From a virus (Duplodnaviria > Caudoviricetes), in IMG/VR virus record IMGVR_UViG_3300041411_000177, positions 16,477 through 80,476 of that record: a DNA stretch of 64,000 nt. One strand, given 5' to 3'. Both the position numbers and the translations under genes were made by a program. The notes under the pieces were generated by a model. It saw only the letters and a program-made list of their open reading frames with translations. It was not told the origin of the DNA and did no database searches. Within the stretch, counting starts at the first letter, position 1. Each line of letters opens with the position of its first letter. Shown here piece by piece: positions 19,462-28,387 of this stretch.

Positions 19462-19851
19462 TTAATCCAGTTTGACCGTGAATTGAATACGCCGGGCGGG
19501 CATGCTGTACAATTCCAATTCCGTATACAGCACACCGATTTCACGGCGACCGATTTTGTGAGCCTTACGGCGACCGCTGATAATCTTGTCGAAAATGCGA
19601 TTGCCTGTCGCATCGTTGAGGCGCACAACACATTGATTTTTAATATCGTGAATCGTATAGGACGCAACCTGTGCAGTGTGGTGATCATACACGCCGCGAC
19701 TCGATTTGATTTCGTCGAGATATTTATCAAGGCGCATACCCAAATCCTCACTGGTCAGCTTGGAATTCAGATTGTGGCCCACAAGTTCGGTCAGTTGTTC
19801 CTGAATGTGTTTCAGCAGATGGTGGGCATTGATATTGTCGAGGGGAGTCAT
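19462..19851 (-). CDS. Hypothetical protein
   Basis: Start MTPLDN at 19851 gives an ATGA overlap with the LysM gene. Confidence 0.7.
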   Translation of the reverse strand: MTPLDNINAHHLLKHIQEQLTELVGHNLNSKLTSEDLGMRLDKYLDEIKSSRGVYDHHTAQVASYTIHDIKNQCVVRLNDATGNRIFDKIISGRRKAHKIGRREIGVLYTELELYSMPARRIQFTVKLD

Positions 19852-20165
19852 GAGCGCTCCTTGTGGCGCAGACGCAGGCAAGAACCGAAGTAAATGATTT
19901 TCGGATCGGCAATGTTGTTGATGAACGCCAGCCGGTCAACTTCCACACCGAAACGCGGCGCAATTTCTGCTAGCGTGTCGTTGGTTTTGATGTGGTAAAT
20001 ATTGAAGTCGTCACCGAGCTTGCGTTCGTACTGGATATCGTCGAAGCATTCTTGCGGCGGGGTATACACGCAGCGCTTACGGAACATGTGGTGATCCAGC
20101 GGGTTCAGCTGTTCAGCCAGCATTTCGATTAGTTCTTCGCGATCCATTTCAACAACTGCATTCAT
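19848..20165 (-). CDS. LysM-domain protein
   Basis: YHIKTNDTLAEIAPRFGVEVDRLAFINNIADPKIIYFGSCLRL matches the LysM consensus. Confidence 0.88.
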   Translation of the reverse strand: MNAVVEMDREELIEMLAEQLNPLDHHMFRKRCVYTPPQECFDDIQYERKLGDDFNIYHIKTNDTLAEIAPRFGVEVDRLAFINNIADPKIIYFGSCLRLRHKERS

Positions 20166-20515
20166 TCCGAAACCTCTGCGATTTTATGAACGTCTTCCCA
20201 ATCCACACACGGGGGATTTTCCGGATCGAATTCGTACAGGCCTTCGTGTCCTTCGATGCTGGAAATGGTGATCGTGCGATTACCGCCGCGACTGCCGGCT
20301 TCCCAAACTTCGCAAAAGAAAAACGTAGTCAAAACGTCTTCCAAAGTCGGGAAGCGATCTTTGATTTCTTCCCAGCTTTCACCTTCGATCATTTCCGTGA
20401 CAAATACCCACGCTGAATCCTCATCCGCGCGCAGTACGCAATGGATTGGCTCAGAGCCACGGATTCGCACTTCCTCGAACGACAGTTTCAGTTTCAGTGT
20501 TTCGTGCATTGGCAT
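20162..20515 (-). CDS. Hypothetical protein
   Basis: 117 aa acidic ORF, ATGA overlap. Confidence 0.7.
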   Translation of the reverse strand: MPMHETLKLKLSFEEVRIRGSEPIHCVLRADEDSAWVFVTEMIEGESWEEIKDRFPTLEDVLTTFFFCEVWEAGSRGGNRTITISSIEGHEGLYEFDPENPPCVDWEDVHKIAEVSE

Positions 20516-20747
20516 TTGGTTTTTCTCGTTTGATTAATTCCATTCCCTTTTCAGTAATCCAGCCACTGTCAAGGCTTACACCGCATTCGATCAGTCCGTG
20601 ATCGTAAGCACGTTCCATCGCACGCCAACAAACCTTTTCGGGTTCGCCTGTCGTTTGCTTCAGAAAAGCTAGCGGACGTATTCCTAATTCCCGTCCCCAA
20701 TTATAGGCATCTACTACCATACGATCGGTCACGTCTTTGCGGGCCAT
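20451..20747 (-). CDS. Hypothetical protein
   Basis: Likely start MARKDV (20747) with GGGG SD. Confidence 0.6.
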   Translation of the reverse strand: MARKDVTDRMVVDAYNWGRELGIRPLAFLKQTTGEPEKVCWRAMERAYDHGLIECGVSLDSGWITEKGMELIKREKPNANARNTETETVVRGSANPWL

Positions 20748-20748
20748 T

Positions 20749-21090
20749 TTATTCCCCGGTATTTGGTTTCCAAAGTTTCGCATATTTCAAAACATTCGGT
20801 ACGTTGTCGCTGTAAACGGGCATCACCACAAGGCAAGAAGGTTCCCCGTTACAGATTGTGTTTTCGTGGCCTTGGTGGCAGGCCAGAGTCCCACGGATTT
20901 TGTCGAACTCACGACGATTCACGCGCAGGGTTACTTTGCGGAAAGAGTTGTGCAGCCAGTCGTGATAAATGCCGTTCGTTTCAAACTTTTGATGCGCAGT
21001 CAGGATGGAATGCGCGACCAGTGTAGGCACCATGTAATCAGGTGCTTCGTCGAGAACGGCGATGTACATTTTGCTGTAGAGGTCGATCAT
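20749..21090 (-). CDS. Peptidyl-tRNA hydrolase 2 (PTH2)-like protein
   Basis: KMYIAV...TLVAHS...W..NSFRKVTLRV..REF matches the PTH2-fold pattern (K-rich start, AHA/AHS, W...gf.KvV). Confidence 0.6.
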   Translation of the reverse strand: MIDLYSKMYIAVLDEAPDYMVPTLVAHSILTAHQKFETNGIYHDWLHNSFRKVTLRVNRREFDKIRGTLACHQGHENTICNGEPSCLVVMPVYSDNVPNVLKYAKLWKPNTGE

Positions 21091-21485
21091 TTTTCCATCA
21101 CTTCCATCATCAGGCGATCAACGCTCAGGCCGATACGCTTACACATACCGGTCAACTGGTCGCGGCTCAGGCGATCAATGCGGCCCTGCAAAATATCGTC
21201 GAGGCGATTATTGGTAATGTTCAGGTGTTGGCAAATCGTTTCCGGATTTTGACCGAGACGTTTGATTTCACGACCGAGGGCGCGAAGCAGGTACGAACGA
21301 ATACGCATGGCGAGTGATTCTTCCGGGTTGTCGCAAATCGCATCCCACACACTTTCGAAACATTGGCGGCGGGTTTCTTCGGCCACGGGCGACACTACAA
21401 TATCCAGCGCCAGATTGTTTTCTTCGACCATTTGCGGAGGGTTATTCGTTTCGTCGCAAATGGTAATCCATTCGTGCCTTTTCAT
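21087..21485 (-). CDS. XRE-family helix-turn-helix protein
   Basis: IKRLGQNPETICQHLNITNNRLDDILQGRIDRLSRDQLTGMCKRIG is HTH_37/XRE-like. Confidence 0.7.
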   Translation of the reverse strand: MKRHEWITICDETNNPPQMVEENNLALDIVVSPVAEETRRQCFESVWDAICDNPEESLAMRIRSYLLRALGREIKRLGQNPETICQHLNITNNRLDDILQGRIDRLSRDQLTGMCKRIGLSVDRLMMEVMEK

Positions 21486-21973
21486 TTTCTATTTGGCCGG
21501 TAGTAGTGGTGTTCAGGAATGCAGTGCTGCTTCATTGCAACACGTGCGGCGCGAGCGCTTCGGTATTTGTATAGGTGATGCACGTTTGCTACGCCGCGCT
21601 CAAATACATACACCTCAACGCCGCGCTTCGTGTGCTTGGGAATGAAATAGTATTTGGTTTGCAGCATGGGTTCGCGGAATGCATCGGTGTGAATTTCAAT
21701 ATCCCACATCGTGCCGATTTGCCCAGTCAGGACGGGTTTCATATCGACTGGTTGTTTCTCGATCTTTTCTTCCACGCCGTCCGTAACTTTCACACAATCA
21801 CGTTGAGGCAAATCAAATGCGTAGGAAGCTGGAAAAGTCCACAGCGTCCACCGGCCAGCTTTTGGCAAATGCCCACCAAACGGACACGGCTCAACCGGTT
21901 TATGTGGTGTGGAAACCGAAAGGATCTTGTCGGAAAGATCGAGCATTTTCCAACCTTTCGTGTCGATTGTCAT
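21482..21973 (-). CDS. Hypothetical protein
   Basis: 163 aa, ATGA overlaps. Confidence 0.7.
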   Translation of the reverse strand: MTIDTKGWKMLDLSDKILSVSTPHKPVEPCPFGGHLPKAGRWTLWTFPASYAFDLPQRDCVKVTDGVEEKIEKQPVDMKPVLTGQIGTMWDIEIHTDAFREPMLQTKYYFIPKHTKRGVEVYVFERGVANVHHLYKYRSARAARVAMKQHCIPEHHYYRPNRK

Positions 21974-22374
21974 GGCGCCACCGGATCAATCTGAGACTTG
22001 AGGGTTTTGAACTTGGTGCTTTTAATCTGCGCTTTGAAAGCGATGCGGGCCTTACGCAGCGAGCGGAAACGCACACCGAACAGCATTGCGCCGCCGGGCA
22101 CCGCACGACAGAACAAACGTGGCGACATAATGCGTTTGTATGTACGCTCGAACGCCTTGCGCATGGCTTCAGAATGCAGATTCGATACACGCAGGCGATT
22201 GTTCATCGACGCTTCGAAAAATGAAACATCAACATCGCAGCGGCTGGTCAGGAATTCTTCGGAAATCCCCAACGCTTCCATTCGTTGTTTCGTGAGCCAT
22301 TGGATGTTTTCATGGGTAAGGCAACCGCGTTCAGTACCGGCAGGCGGCATCCAGAGTTCTACTTGTTCGGTCAC
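21970..22374 (-). CDS. Hypothetical protein, possible XRE-HTH N-terminus
   Basis: KQRMEALGISEEFLTSRCDVDVSFFEASMNN; overlap-coupled. Confidence 0.65.
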   Translation of the reverse strand: MTEQVELWMPPAGTERGCLTHENIQWLTKQRMEALGISEEFLTSRCDVDVSFFEASMNNRLRVSNLHSEAMRKAFERTYKRIMSPRLFCRAVPGGAMLFGVRFRSLRKARIAFKAQIKSTKFKTLKSQIDPVAP

Positions 22375-22520
22375 GGCGCACTTCCTAAAACGTGAATGAT
22401 TTTATTGCAGCGCTTACACCGCCAGCACGCCCACTTGCAACGGTCGGACGAATTGGCCCAGCGGTGTTTAAAGATGCACAGCAACTTGAATTTTTGTTTC
22501 TCGCCATCAACATTTTTCAC
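22371..22520 (-). CDS. Small Cys/His-rich protein (DUF1660-like), 49 aa
   Basis: Below the ORF-track cutoff. MKNVDGEKQKFKLLCIFKHRW...CWRCKRCNK; GTGA overlaps at both ends fill the gap exactly. Confidence 0.6.
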   Translation of the reverse strand: MKNVDGEKQKFKLLCIFKHRWANSSDRCKWACWRCKRCNKIIHVLGSAP

Positions 22521-23242
22521 GGATCTACCAACGCTTCAGCAGCGCCCCGGTTGATTGCACGGATGTAACGCATTTCGTAGGCACTGATTTTCAGTTTCAT
22601 TGCCACATCGTCTTCGTCGCCTTCCATTTGCAGGCCTTCGCGGTAAATCGCCACCACATCAGAACTAAGCAACGCAATCAGGCGTTCGACTTGTTTGTCA
22701 GTCAGATAAACACCCTTACGCAGCTTGTCGATTCGGTTATTCAGTTGGCGATAAGTTTCGGTAGAGGCCAGCCACTTGCACGCGAGTTGACGCACCGGGA
22801 GTTGGTGCGATTCTTTCGGCATGCTGTAGATAAACGTCATGAAATTTGTGAAGAATGTTTGCTGCGACGACGCGTGTTTCTTTGCAACTGTCACCATGTC
22901 GAATTTGCGACGTGCCCCGGTGACTTGTTTTACGGTTGGTAGGCTTTTGAATTCCGTGAGCGTGTAACCGTCCACGTGAAAGTCTTCGGCGGCCTTGTAA
23001 TCGGCAGGGATAAGGTCGAACGGCGCAAGGGAAATCGGATCATCGCAGACATAGCAAATGCAGTTCGCTTTTTCTGCAAGATCACGACCGGCTTCAAAAC
23101 ATGCAGCATCAATAAAAATCAGGTGCTTGCGTGCTTCGAAATCATGGCCGAGCATCGCGATTTGTGCGCGGGGCACCCCGAGTCCTCGAAGATGCACCAA
23201 AACTTTATCCGGCGCTGTGTGCGCGAAGCCGTAGACGATCAT
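22517..23242 (-). CDS. Hypothetical protein
   Basis: 241 aa, overlap-coupled. Confidence 0.75.
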   Translation of the reverse strand: MIVYGFAHTAPDKVLVHLRGLGVPRAQIAMLGHDFEARKHLIFIDAACFEAGRDLAEKANCICYVCDDPISLAPFDLIPADYKAAEDFHVDGYTLTEFKSLPTVKQVTGARRKFDMVTVAKKHASSQQTFFTNFMTFIYSMPKESHQLPVRQLACKWLASTETYRQLNNRIDKLRKGVYLTDKQVERLIALLSSDVVAIYREGLQMEGDEDDVAMKLKISAYEMRYIRAINRGAAEALVDP

Positions 23243-23376
23243 TTGCCGACTTTTTTCGTCAGCTGTTTTTTCAGCGAAGCTGTCATGCCCATGGCGTCCG
23301 AATGGAACTTGAGGGCGGCACGGTGAAAGCTGTACACGTTCTGGAATTTCAGGGTACGCAAGTCAGCATTGTTCAT
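23239..23376 (-). CDS. Small hypothetical protein, 45 aa
   Basis: Manual translation MNNADLRTLKFQNVYSFHRAALKFHSDAMG...; ATGA overlaps on both sides. Confidence 0.6.
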   Translation of the reverse strand: MNNADLRTLKFQNVYSFHRAALKFHSDAMGMTASLKKQLTKKVGK

Positions 23377-23645
23377 TTCGTTTCTTCCTGTGCAGGTTGA
23401 GTTTCATCGAGTGCGTCTTTGTGATTTTCTTCGATCAGTTGCAGTACGCGTGCCTTTTCTACTTCGATAGCTTCTGCCATCTGACGGATAATGTCAGGCA
23501 GCATCTGCGTCGTGTATTCTTGCTTCGGCAAATCCACTTCACAACGGACGCCGATACCGTGAACCATTTGCAGCGCTTGAATCCACCAGTGTGTCGGATG
23601 CGGTATACACATCCAATGCGCTTGGGTATTTCGTTGGTCGATCAT
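23373..23645 (-). CDS. Hypothetical protein
   Basis: 90 aa, ATGA overlaps. Confidence 0.65.
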   Translation of the reverse strand: MIDQRNTQAHWMCIPHPTHWWIQALQMVHGIGVRCEVDLPKQEYTTQMLPDIIRQMAEAIEVEKARVLQLIEENHKDALDETQPAQEETK

Positions 23646-23965
23646 TTCACATCCCCAAGTTTAGCCCCGCGCAAAACGAGGCCGTAGGTAAGGTCGGAAA
23701 GGTTTTGAATATCGAGGGCGAACAGTACGGACACTTCAGCCACGCCAACCCACCGCACACCCAGCACGCAAGGAAACGTGCGGGGCATGTCTTGAGGATT
23801 CCGAATATTCGGCTGCGAATTGTAGTGGTCGAGTGCGTTGTCGTCTTCGTCGATATAAATCCTGTTCAGAAATTCTTCGACTTCGCGTTGATCGGAAACG
23901 ATACAGGCCATGACGTTTTCAGGAAGCATCGTAGCGAACATTCGAAACTCCTTTGTATTTCTCAA
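23642..23965 (-). CDS. Hypothetical protein
   Basis: 107 aa; exact start uncertain. Confidence 0.6.
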   Translation of the reverse strand: MRNTKEFRMFATMLPENVMACIVSDQREVEEFLNRIYIDEDDNALDHYNSQPNIRNPQDMPRTFPCVLGVRWVGVAEVSVLFALDIQNLSDLTYGLVLRGAKLGDVK

Positions 23966-26225
23966 CCGTCACGTAGGAACATTCCGGGTGCATGTGCTTG
24001 CCTTTCTGCGTGATGATAAACACGTTGGGCACCAGCTTGCGCAGGAATGGCACGTAGCGTTCCACGAACAGGCTTGTGGTGGCCGCGTCCATGTGTGCAT
24101 CGGGTTCGTCGAGGATTGCCAGATTAACCCGGCGATCATCTTTCGCCATGATCACACACGCAAGGAAATGCAGCAGACGGAAACTATCAGATTCGGCACC
24201 GGACAATTCGCGCACGTCACTGACGTTGCCTTGGCCCCGGTCAACGATGATATGCACGCCGTCTTCTTTGGCTTCCACTTTGAACTTGAAATTCTCTGCG
24301 AAAATCAGTTGTGCATATTTGTTGTAGTTCTGTTCGAGGCCGTACACAATTTCGTGCATGGCGTGCAGCTTCAGCCCTTTGTTGCTGTAGGCTTTCACCA
24401 GAACTTTGAAGCGTTTCAGTTTCTTGATCAGAGGTTTGTATTCCTCGACCTTGAGACTGGCTTCTTCGCGCTGCTTCGACAGCAGTTTCCATTCGGCCCG
24501 CAACGAGCTATAACGCACGGTTATTTTATGCGCTTTGGAATACTTTTTCTCGACCTTAGCCAACTTAGTTTCTACTGCGGCCAGACGCTTGAGAATGTTG
24601 TCGTCTTCCGGCACTTCTTCGAACTCGGCCAGTCGCGCTTTCAGGCGGCGGGCTTCGTCGATCATTTCAACCTGCTGTTCGATTTTCTCAACCGAGATAA
24701 TCGGTTCCTGCTTCGGACGCTTCGGCTTTTTCAGTTCCTGCATTTGCCCGGTGATTTCGTCGAAGCGCACAGAGTTTTCCATCTGGTCTTCGAGTTTTTC
24801 CAGCTCCGCACGCAGCGCTTTGATTTTCTTGCGCGCAGCGTAGAACGAGCGTTCATCAAACTTCAGATGCTTGATGATTTCCGTGTTTTCCTGCTTCGTG
24901 ATTCGCAGTTCCAACGCATGGATCATCGAGTGTGCTTTGCCTTTGCGCTTCTTGGCTTGGGCAATGGTTTTTTCCAAATCTTTGAGGTTGATTTTCTGCA
25001 TACACGTCGGGCAATTGCCGTCGTCATGATCGTGCAGCAGGTCAGCCAACTTCATTGTCGTTTTTGCCGTGGTGTACTCTTCTTTGAGAGCTTCCATCGG
25101 ATCGACTTTTTCTTTGTTGCACTGCGTCAGGAATTTACGCAGGTCAGGGTCAACATGGTCGTCCAAGTTTTCCAGTTCACGAACAGCCGCGTCGTGCTTG
25201 TCCCGAACTTTCTCAAGGCGTTTGTCTTCCGCTTCGAGTCCGTCCAGTTCTTTCCGGATTTCCTTGATACGTTTCTTCAGTGTTTTGCTGTCGCCACCGT
25301 CGCCCAATTCGTCGAGCTTTTTCACCAGCTTTTTACAGCGGCGATCATACTCGGCATTATCCTCTTCGAATTTCTCCATCGCTTCGTGTAGCTGGTATTG
25401 CTCTTTCAGCGTTGGTTTATCAAAACGGATTTTGCTTTGTAGTTTCTTCAGCTTGTCGTTGGTGGTCGTGTAGAACTCAACCTGCTTCGACAGGCTTTTC
25501 AGTTCCTGCCGCTGCGACTGCAATTTCGTCACTTTCTTGGATTGGGTTTTGACGATTTCTTTCGCTTCGTCAAGTTCCTTTTCCAGCTTCTTGCTCCAGC
25601 CGTTTTTATTCAGGCCGTCGTTGATGTTCATCAGCTGGTGGCTGAACGCATCGGATTTGTTCTGTGCGACTTTTACTTCGTCGATTTTCTTTTCGAAGAA
25701 CCGACGCAGCACGTCGAACTGATCGAGACGCCACACCTCACTGATATACGTCATCCGTGCGCGTGGCGTGCCGTACAGGAATTCCAGTTTCTTTTGCGAT
25801 TGCAAATGAACATAGGAATACCATTCGTCTTGCGTAATCGGAATGATTTGCTCAATTTGCGCACGCTGATTAGCTTGACCCCGAACTTTCAGGTCTTCCC
25901 CATCGCGCCAGATTTGATAGCCACCGGCTTGCTGGCGGATCGTCCACTTGTGCCCGAGGTTGTTAACGTCGAACTCGATAAACGATCCTTTGGAATGGAT
26001 GCGGTTTTTCTTGCGGGTATCTGCCAACGGCGTCTGTTCAAAACGCACGTTAGGCAGCATAGAAAACAGCAGGGATTTACCGGCACCGTTGTTTTGGTCT
26101 TTGGAGATTTGCGAGTCGCGGTTATGCCCGCTAACCGTGGTCAGTCCACAGTTGTTAGTGAAATCAAATTCACCCTTTTTGTACGAAACGATACCGCCAA
26201 AACGGCTACCGGTAATCTCGATCAT
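23919..26225 (-). CDS. sbcC: SbcC/Rad50/gp46-like SMC-family ATPase
   Basis: Walker A NGAGKS, Q-loop HLQSQ, coiled coils with Zn-hook CPTC, signature LSGAE, Walker B/D-loop ILDEPDAHMD, H-loop IITQ. Confidence 0.92.
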   Translation of the reverse strand: MIEITGSRFGGIVSYKKGEFDFTNNCGLTTVSGHNRDSQISKDQNNGAGKSLLFSMLPNVRFEQTPLADTRKKNRIHSKGSFIEFDVNNLGHKWTIRQQAGGYQIWRDGEDLKVRGQANQRAQIEQIIPITQDEWYSYVHLQSQKKLEFLYGTPRARMTYISEVWRLDQFDVLRRFFEKKIDEVKVAQNKSDAFSHQLMNINDGLNKNGWSKKLEKELDEAKEIVKTQSKKVTKLQSQRQELKSLSKQVEFYTTTNDKLKKLQSKIRFDKPTLKEQYQLHEAMEKFEEDNAEYDRRCKKLVKKLDELGDGGDSKTLKKRIKEIRKELDGLEAEDKRLEKVRDKHDAAVRELENLDDHVDPDLRKFLTQCNKEKVDPMEALKEEYTTAKTTMKLADLLHDHDDGNCPTCMQKINLKDLEKTIAQAKKRKGKAHSMIHALELRITKQENTEIIKHLKFDERSFYAARKKIKALRAELEKLEDQMENSVRFDEITGQMQELKKPKRPKQEPIISVEKIEQQVEMIDEARRLKARLAEFEEVPEDDNILKRLAAVETKLAKVEKKYSKAHKITVRYSSLRAEWKLLSKQREEASLKVEEYKPLIKKLKRFKVLVKAYSNKGLKLHAMHEIVYGLEQNYNKYAQLIFAENFKFKVEAKEDGVHIIVDRGQGNVSDVRELSGAESDSFRLLHFLACVIMAKDDRRVNLAILDEPDAHMDAATTSLFVERYVPFLRKLVPNVFIITQKGKHMHPECSYVTVEKYKGVSNVRYDAS

Positions 26226-28387
26226 TACGGTTCCAGATATTTTCGGATTTCGTGGAGTTGGTCAGCCGTCGTGCCTTGATGTTCAAAGCGCAGACGTTCT
26301 TCCAACATTTTCAGGGTCAGTAACCATTGCGGGTCTGGTGGGAAGCGACCGAACGATTCCATACCTTCATTTACAGATACGCCGGGACTCAACAACCGCT
26401 CACCGTAGTGACCAGTTTTCTCGCTAGGGCCATTCGGGCCTTTGACGCTTTCCGGGCCATCGGCAGGATCGCGCAGCAAGTCGTTTTCTATTTCAGAAAG
26501 CGGACAATCATCAGCGTGTTGAGCAACACCGAAAACTTTGCAGAAATCGCACGTGCATTCCGTGATTGGAACCTGCAATTCGTCAGCCAGTTCATGACTC
26601 ATGAATACAGTGGACGGCGACATACCGGCTTCGAGAATTGCATCACGCAATACACCGATTTTTTCCAGCTTGTCTTCTTCAGAATCAACGATAAGATCCA
26701 GCGCGTCTTTCATCAGTAAAGACACGTCACCGGAATGGCCGCGTGCTTTCTGCTGCAAAGCAGATTCGCTTGGTACGGTTTCAGGCAATGATGGATCGAG
26801 GTCGAGCAAGGTGGTTACACGACCTTCCTGCGCTGGCGTATCGTTACAGCCTTTCAGGAATACCCATTCCACACCGGCCACATCGGTAAGCTCTGCAACG
26901 CCGGTCAGCGTCAGAACTTCAACGATATGTTTTTTGTCGTCCGGATGCAGATTGAATTTGCGAATGAAAACGTCGAGCTTCACACCACCGTCGAGGAAAT
27001 CAGAAATATCCTTCGGGTTGAGGTTTTCAATCAGCGCGTAACTGATCAGCGGAGTATCGCGATCCGCTTTCGGTTTGAACGGTTTGTATTCCTTACCCTG
27101 ATACCCGGATTTCACAGGGTAGGTTCCAGCTTTCGGTGGGAAGGTTCCGGCCTTTGGACTGGCGCTAACGGCAGTCTTTTGCGAGTAGGCCACATCGGTG
27201 GTGTGTGGGCCTTTCACGATGCAATTCAGGTCGGTCAGGTCGTAGTCGAAATCAACCAGATACCGCGCCACATCTGCGTGGTGAATGTGCGTCGTTTCCA
27301 CGATATCGAAAAGTTTGTAAGGCGCTCGAATGTTTTCGCAATATTCGTCCATGATTGCGATTGCGTCAGTTGGTTCGGTTTTACGCAACACAATGTACTG
27401 ACTGCCCGGAACGTATTCCAATTCCGGGTCGAGGAATTCGCCATTGTCCCAGCACATCAGGTCGCCGCTGCATGCCACGTCTTCAAAGATTTCCATAAAA
27501 CGATCTTTGTCGATGTAGTGGGATTCTGCGAAATCCAGCATGATTTCGGTGGCGGTGAATGCGCTACGCTTTTTCAGAATGTGATTCTGAAGTTCACCGG
27601 AGAAAAGCGTAGGCAGATTGCCGCGTGGTTTTTCTTCGTGTGCTTCGGCTGCGAATTCCACCAGCGGCTGCGGCACATCTTTTTCCAAAACCGCAATCAG
27701 GCGTGCTGCCAAATCGTCGTCGGCTTCAGATTCTTCGGCCACTGCCACAACAGGCTCTTCGGTTTCCTGCGCAACTTCTTCGACGGGCTTACGGATAATT
27801 TCCGCCAACGCAGTCTGTTGCTCCACAACCTTTTCCACGGTGATAGGTTCAGCTTTGGGCAGGGCTGCTTCCTTTTTGCTCAGCGTGTAAAACAGACCAT
27901 CTTTCAGAACGGCACCATCAGCCATGAGCATACGCATTTGCTGACCAATCACAGTTCCTTTCGAGTGTCCGTAATGCTGCGCGATATTACCAGCAGAGCG
28001 TGCCACACCATCCGCCAGCAATTCGACAATCATTTCCCGCGTAATTTTCATACCGGCCTCATAAACGGGTGCCGGTTCAGTTTTCAAAACCGGTTGGGCT
28101 TCTGGTACGTCAACGACTGGCGCAAGTTCCACAACCTCAACAACGGTTTCAGGTTCCGGATCAGGTTCGGGTGCAGCCTGTTGACGTTGTTGGAAAGCAT
28201 CGGAAATGTACAGGCGATTGTTTTCGCTCGCCTGTACATAACCGGCGAGTTTCAGACGTTCGAGCGTCCGCGTCAGTTGGGTGTAATGCTTGCGTAGCTC
28301 ATCCCCGTAAAAGGTCAGGGTGCGTCCTTGGTCATTCTTGATTGCGTACAGCAGTTCTACCTCATTCGCGGACAGGTCTGTCATCAC
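26225..28387 (-). CDS. Hypothetical acidic multidomain protein (possible winged-helix modules)
   Basis: 720 aa; segments such as REMIVELLADGVARSAGNIAQHYG...QMRMLMADGAVLKDG are wHTH-like; lies between sbcC and the clamp loader. Confidence 0.75.
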   Translation of the reverse strand: MMTDLSANEVELLYAIKNDQGRTLTFYGDELRKHYTQLTRTLERLKLAGYVQASENNRLYISDAFQQRQQAAPEPDPEPETVVEVVELAPVVDVPEAQPVLKTEPAPVYEAGMKITREMIVELLADGVARSAGNIAQHYGHSKGTVIGQQMRMLMADGAVLKDGLFYTLSKKEAALPKAEPITVEKVVEQQTALAEIIRKPVEEVAQETEEPVVAVAEESEADDDLAARLIAVLEKDVPQPLVEFAAEAHEEKPRGNLPTLFSGELQNHILKKRSAFTATEIMLDFAESHYIDKDRFMEIFEDVACSGDLMCWDNGEFLDPELEYVPGSQYIVLRKTEPTDAIAIMDEYCENIRAPYKLFDIVETTHIHHADVARYLVDFDYDLTDLNCIVKGPHTTDVAYSQKTAVSASPKAGTFPPKAGTYPVKSGYQGKEYKPFKPKADRDTPLISYALIENLNPKDISDFLDGGVKLDVFIRKFNLHPDDKKHIVEVLTLTGVAELTDVAGVEWVFLKGCNDTPAQEGRVTTLLDLDPSLPETVPSESALQQKARGHSGDVSLLMKDALDLIVDSEEDKLEKIGVLRDAILEAGMSPSTVFMSHELADELQVPITECTCDFCKVFGVAQHADDCPLSEIENDLLRDPADGPESVKGPNGPSEKTGHYGERLLSPGVSVNEGMESFGRFPPDPQWLLTLKMLEERLRFEHQGTTADQLHEIRKYLEP

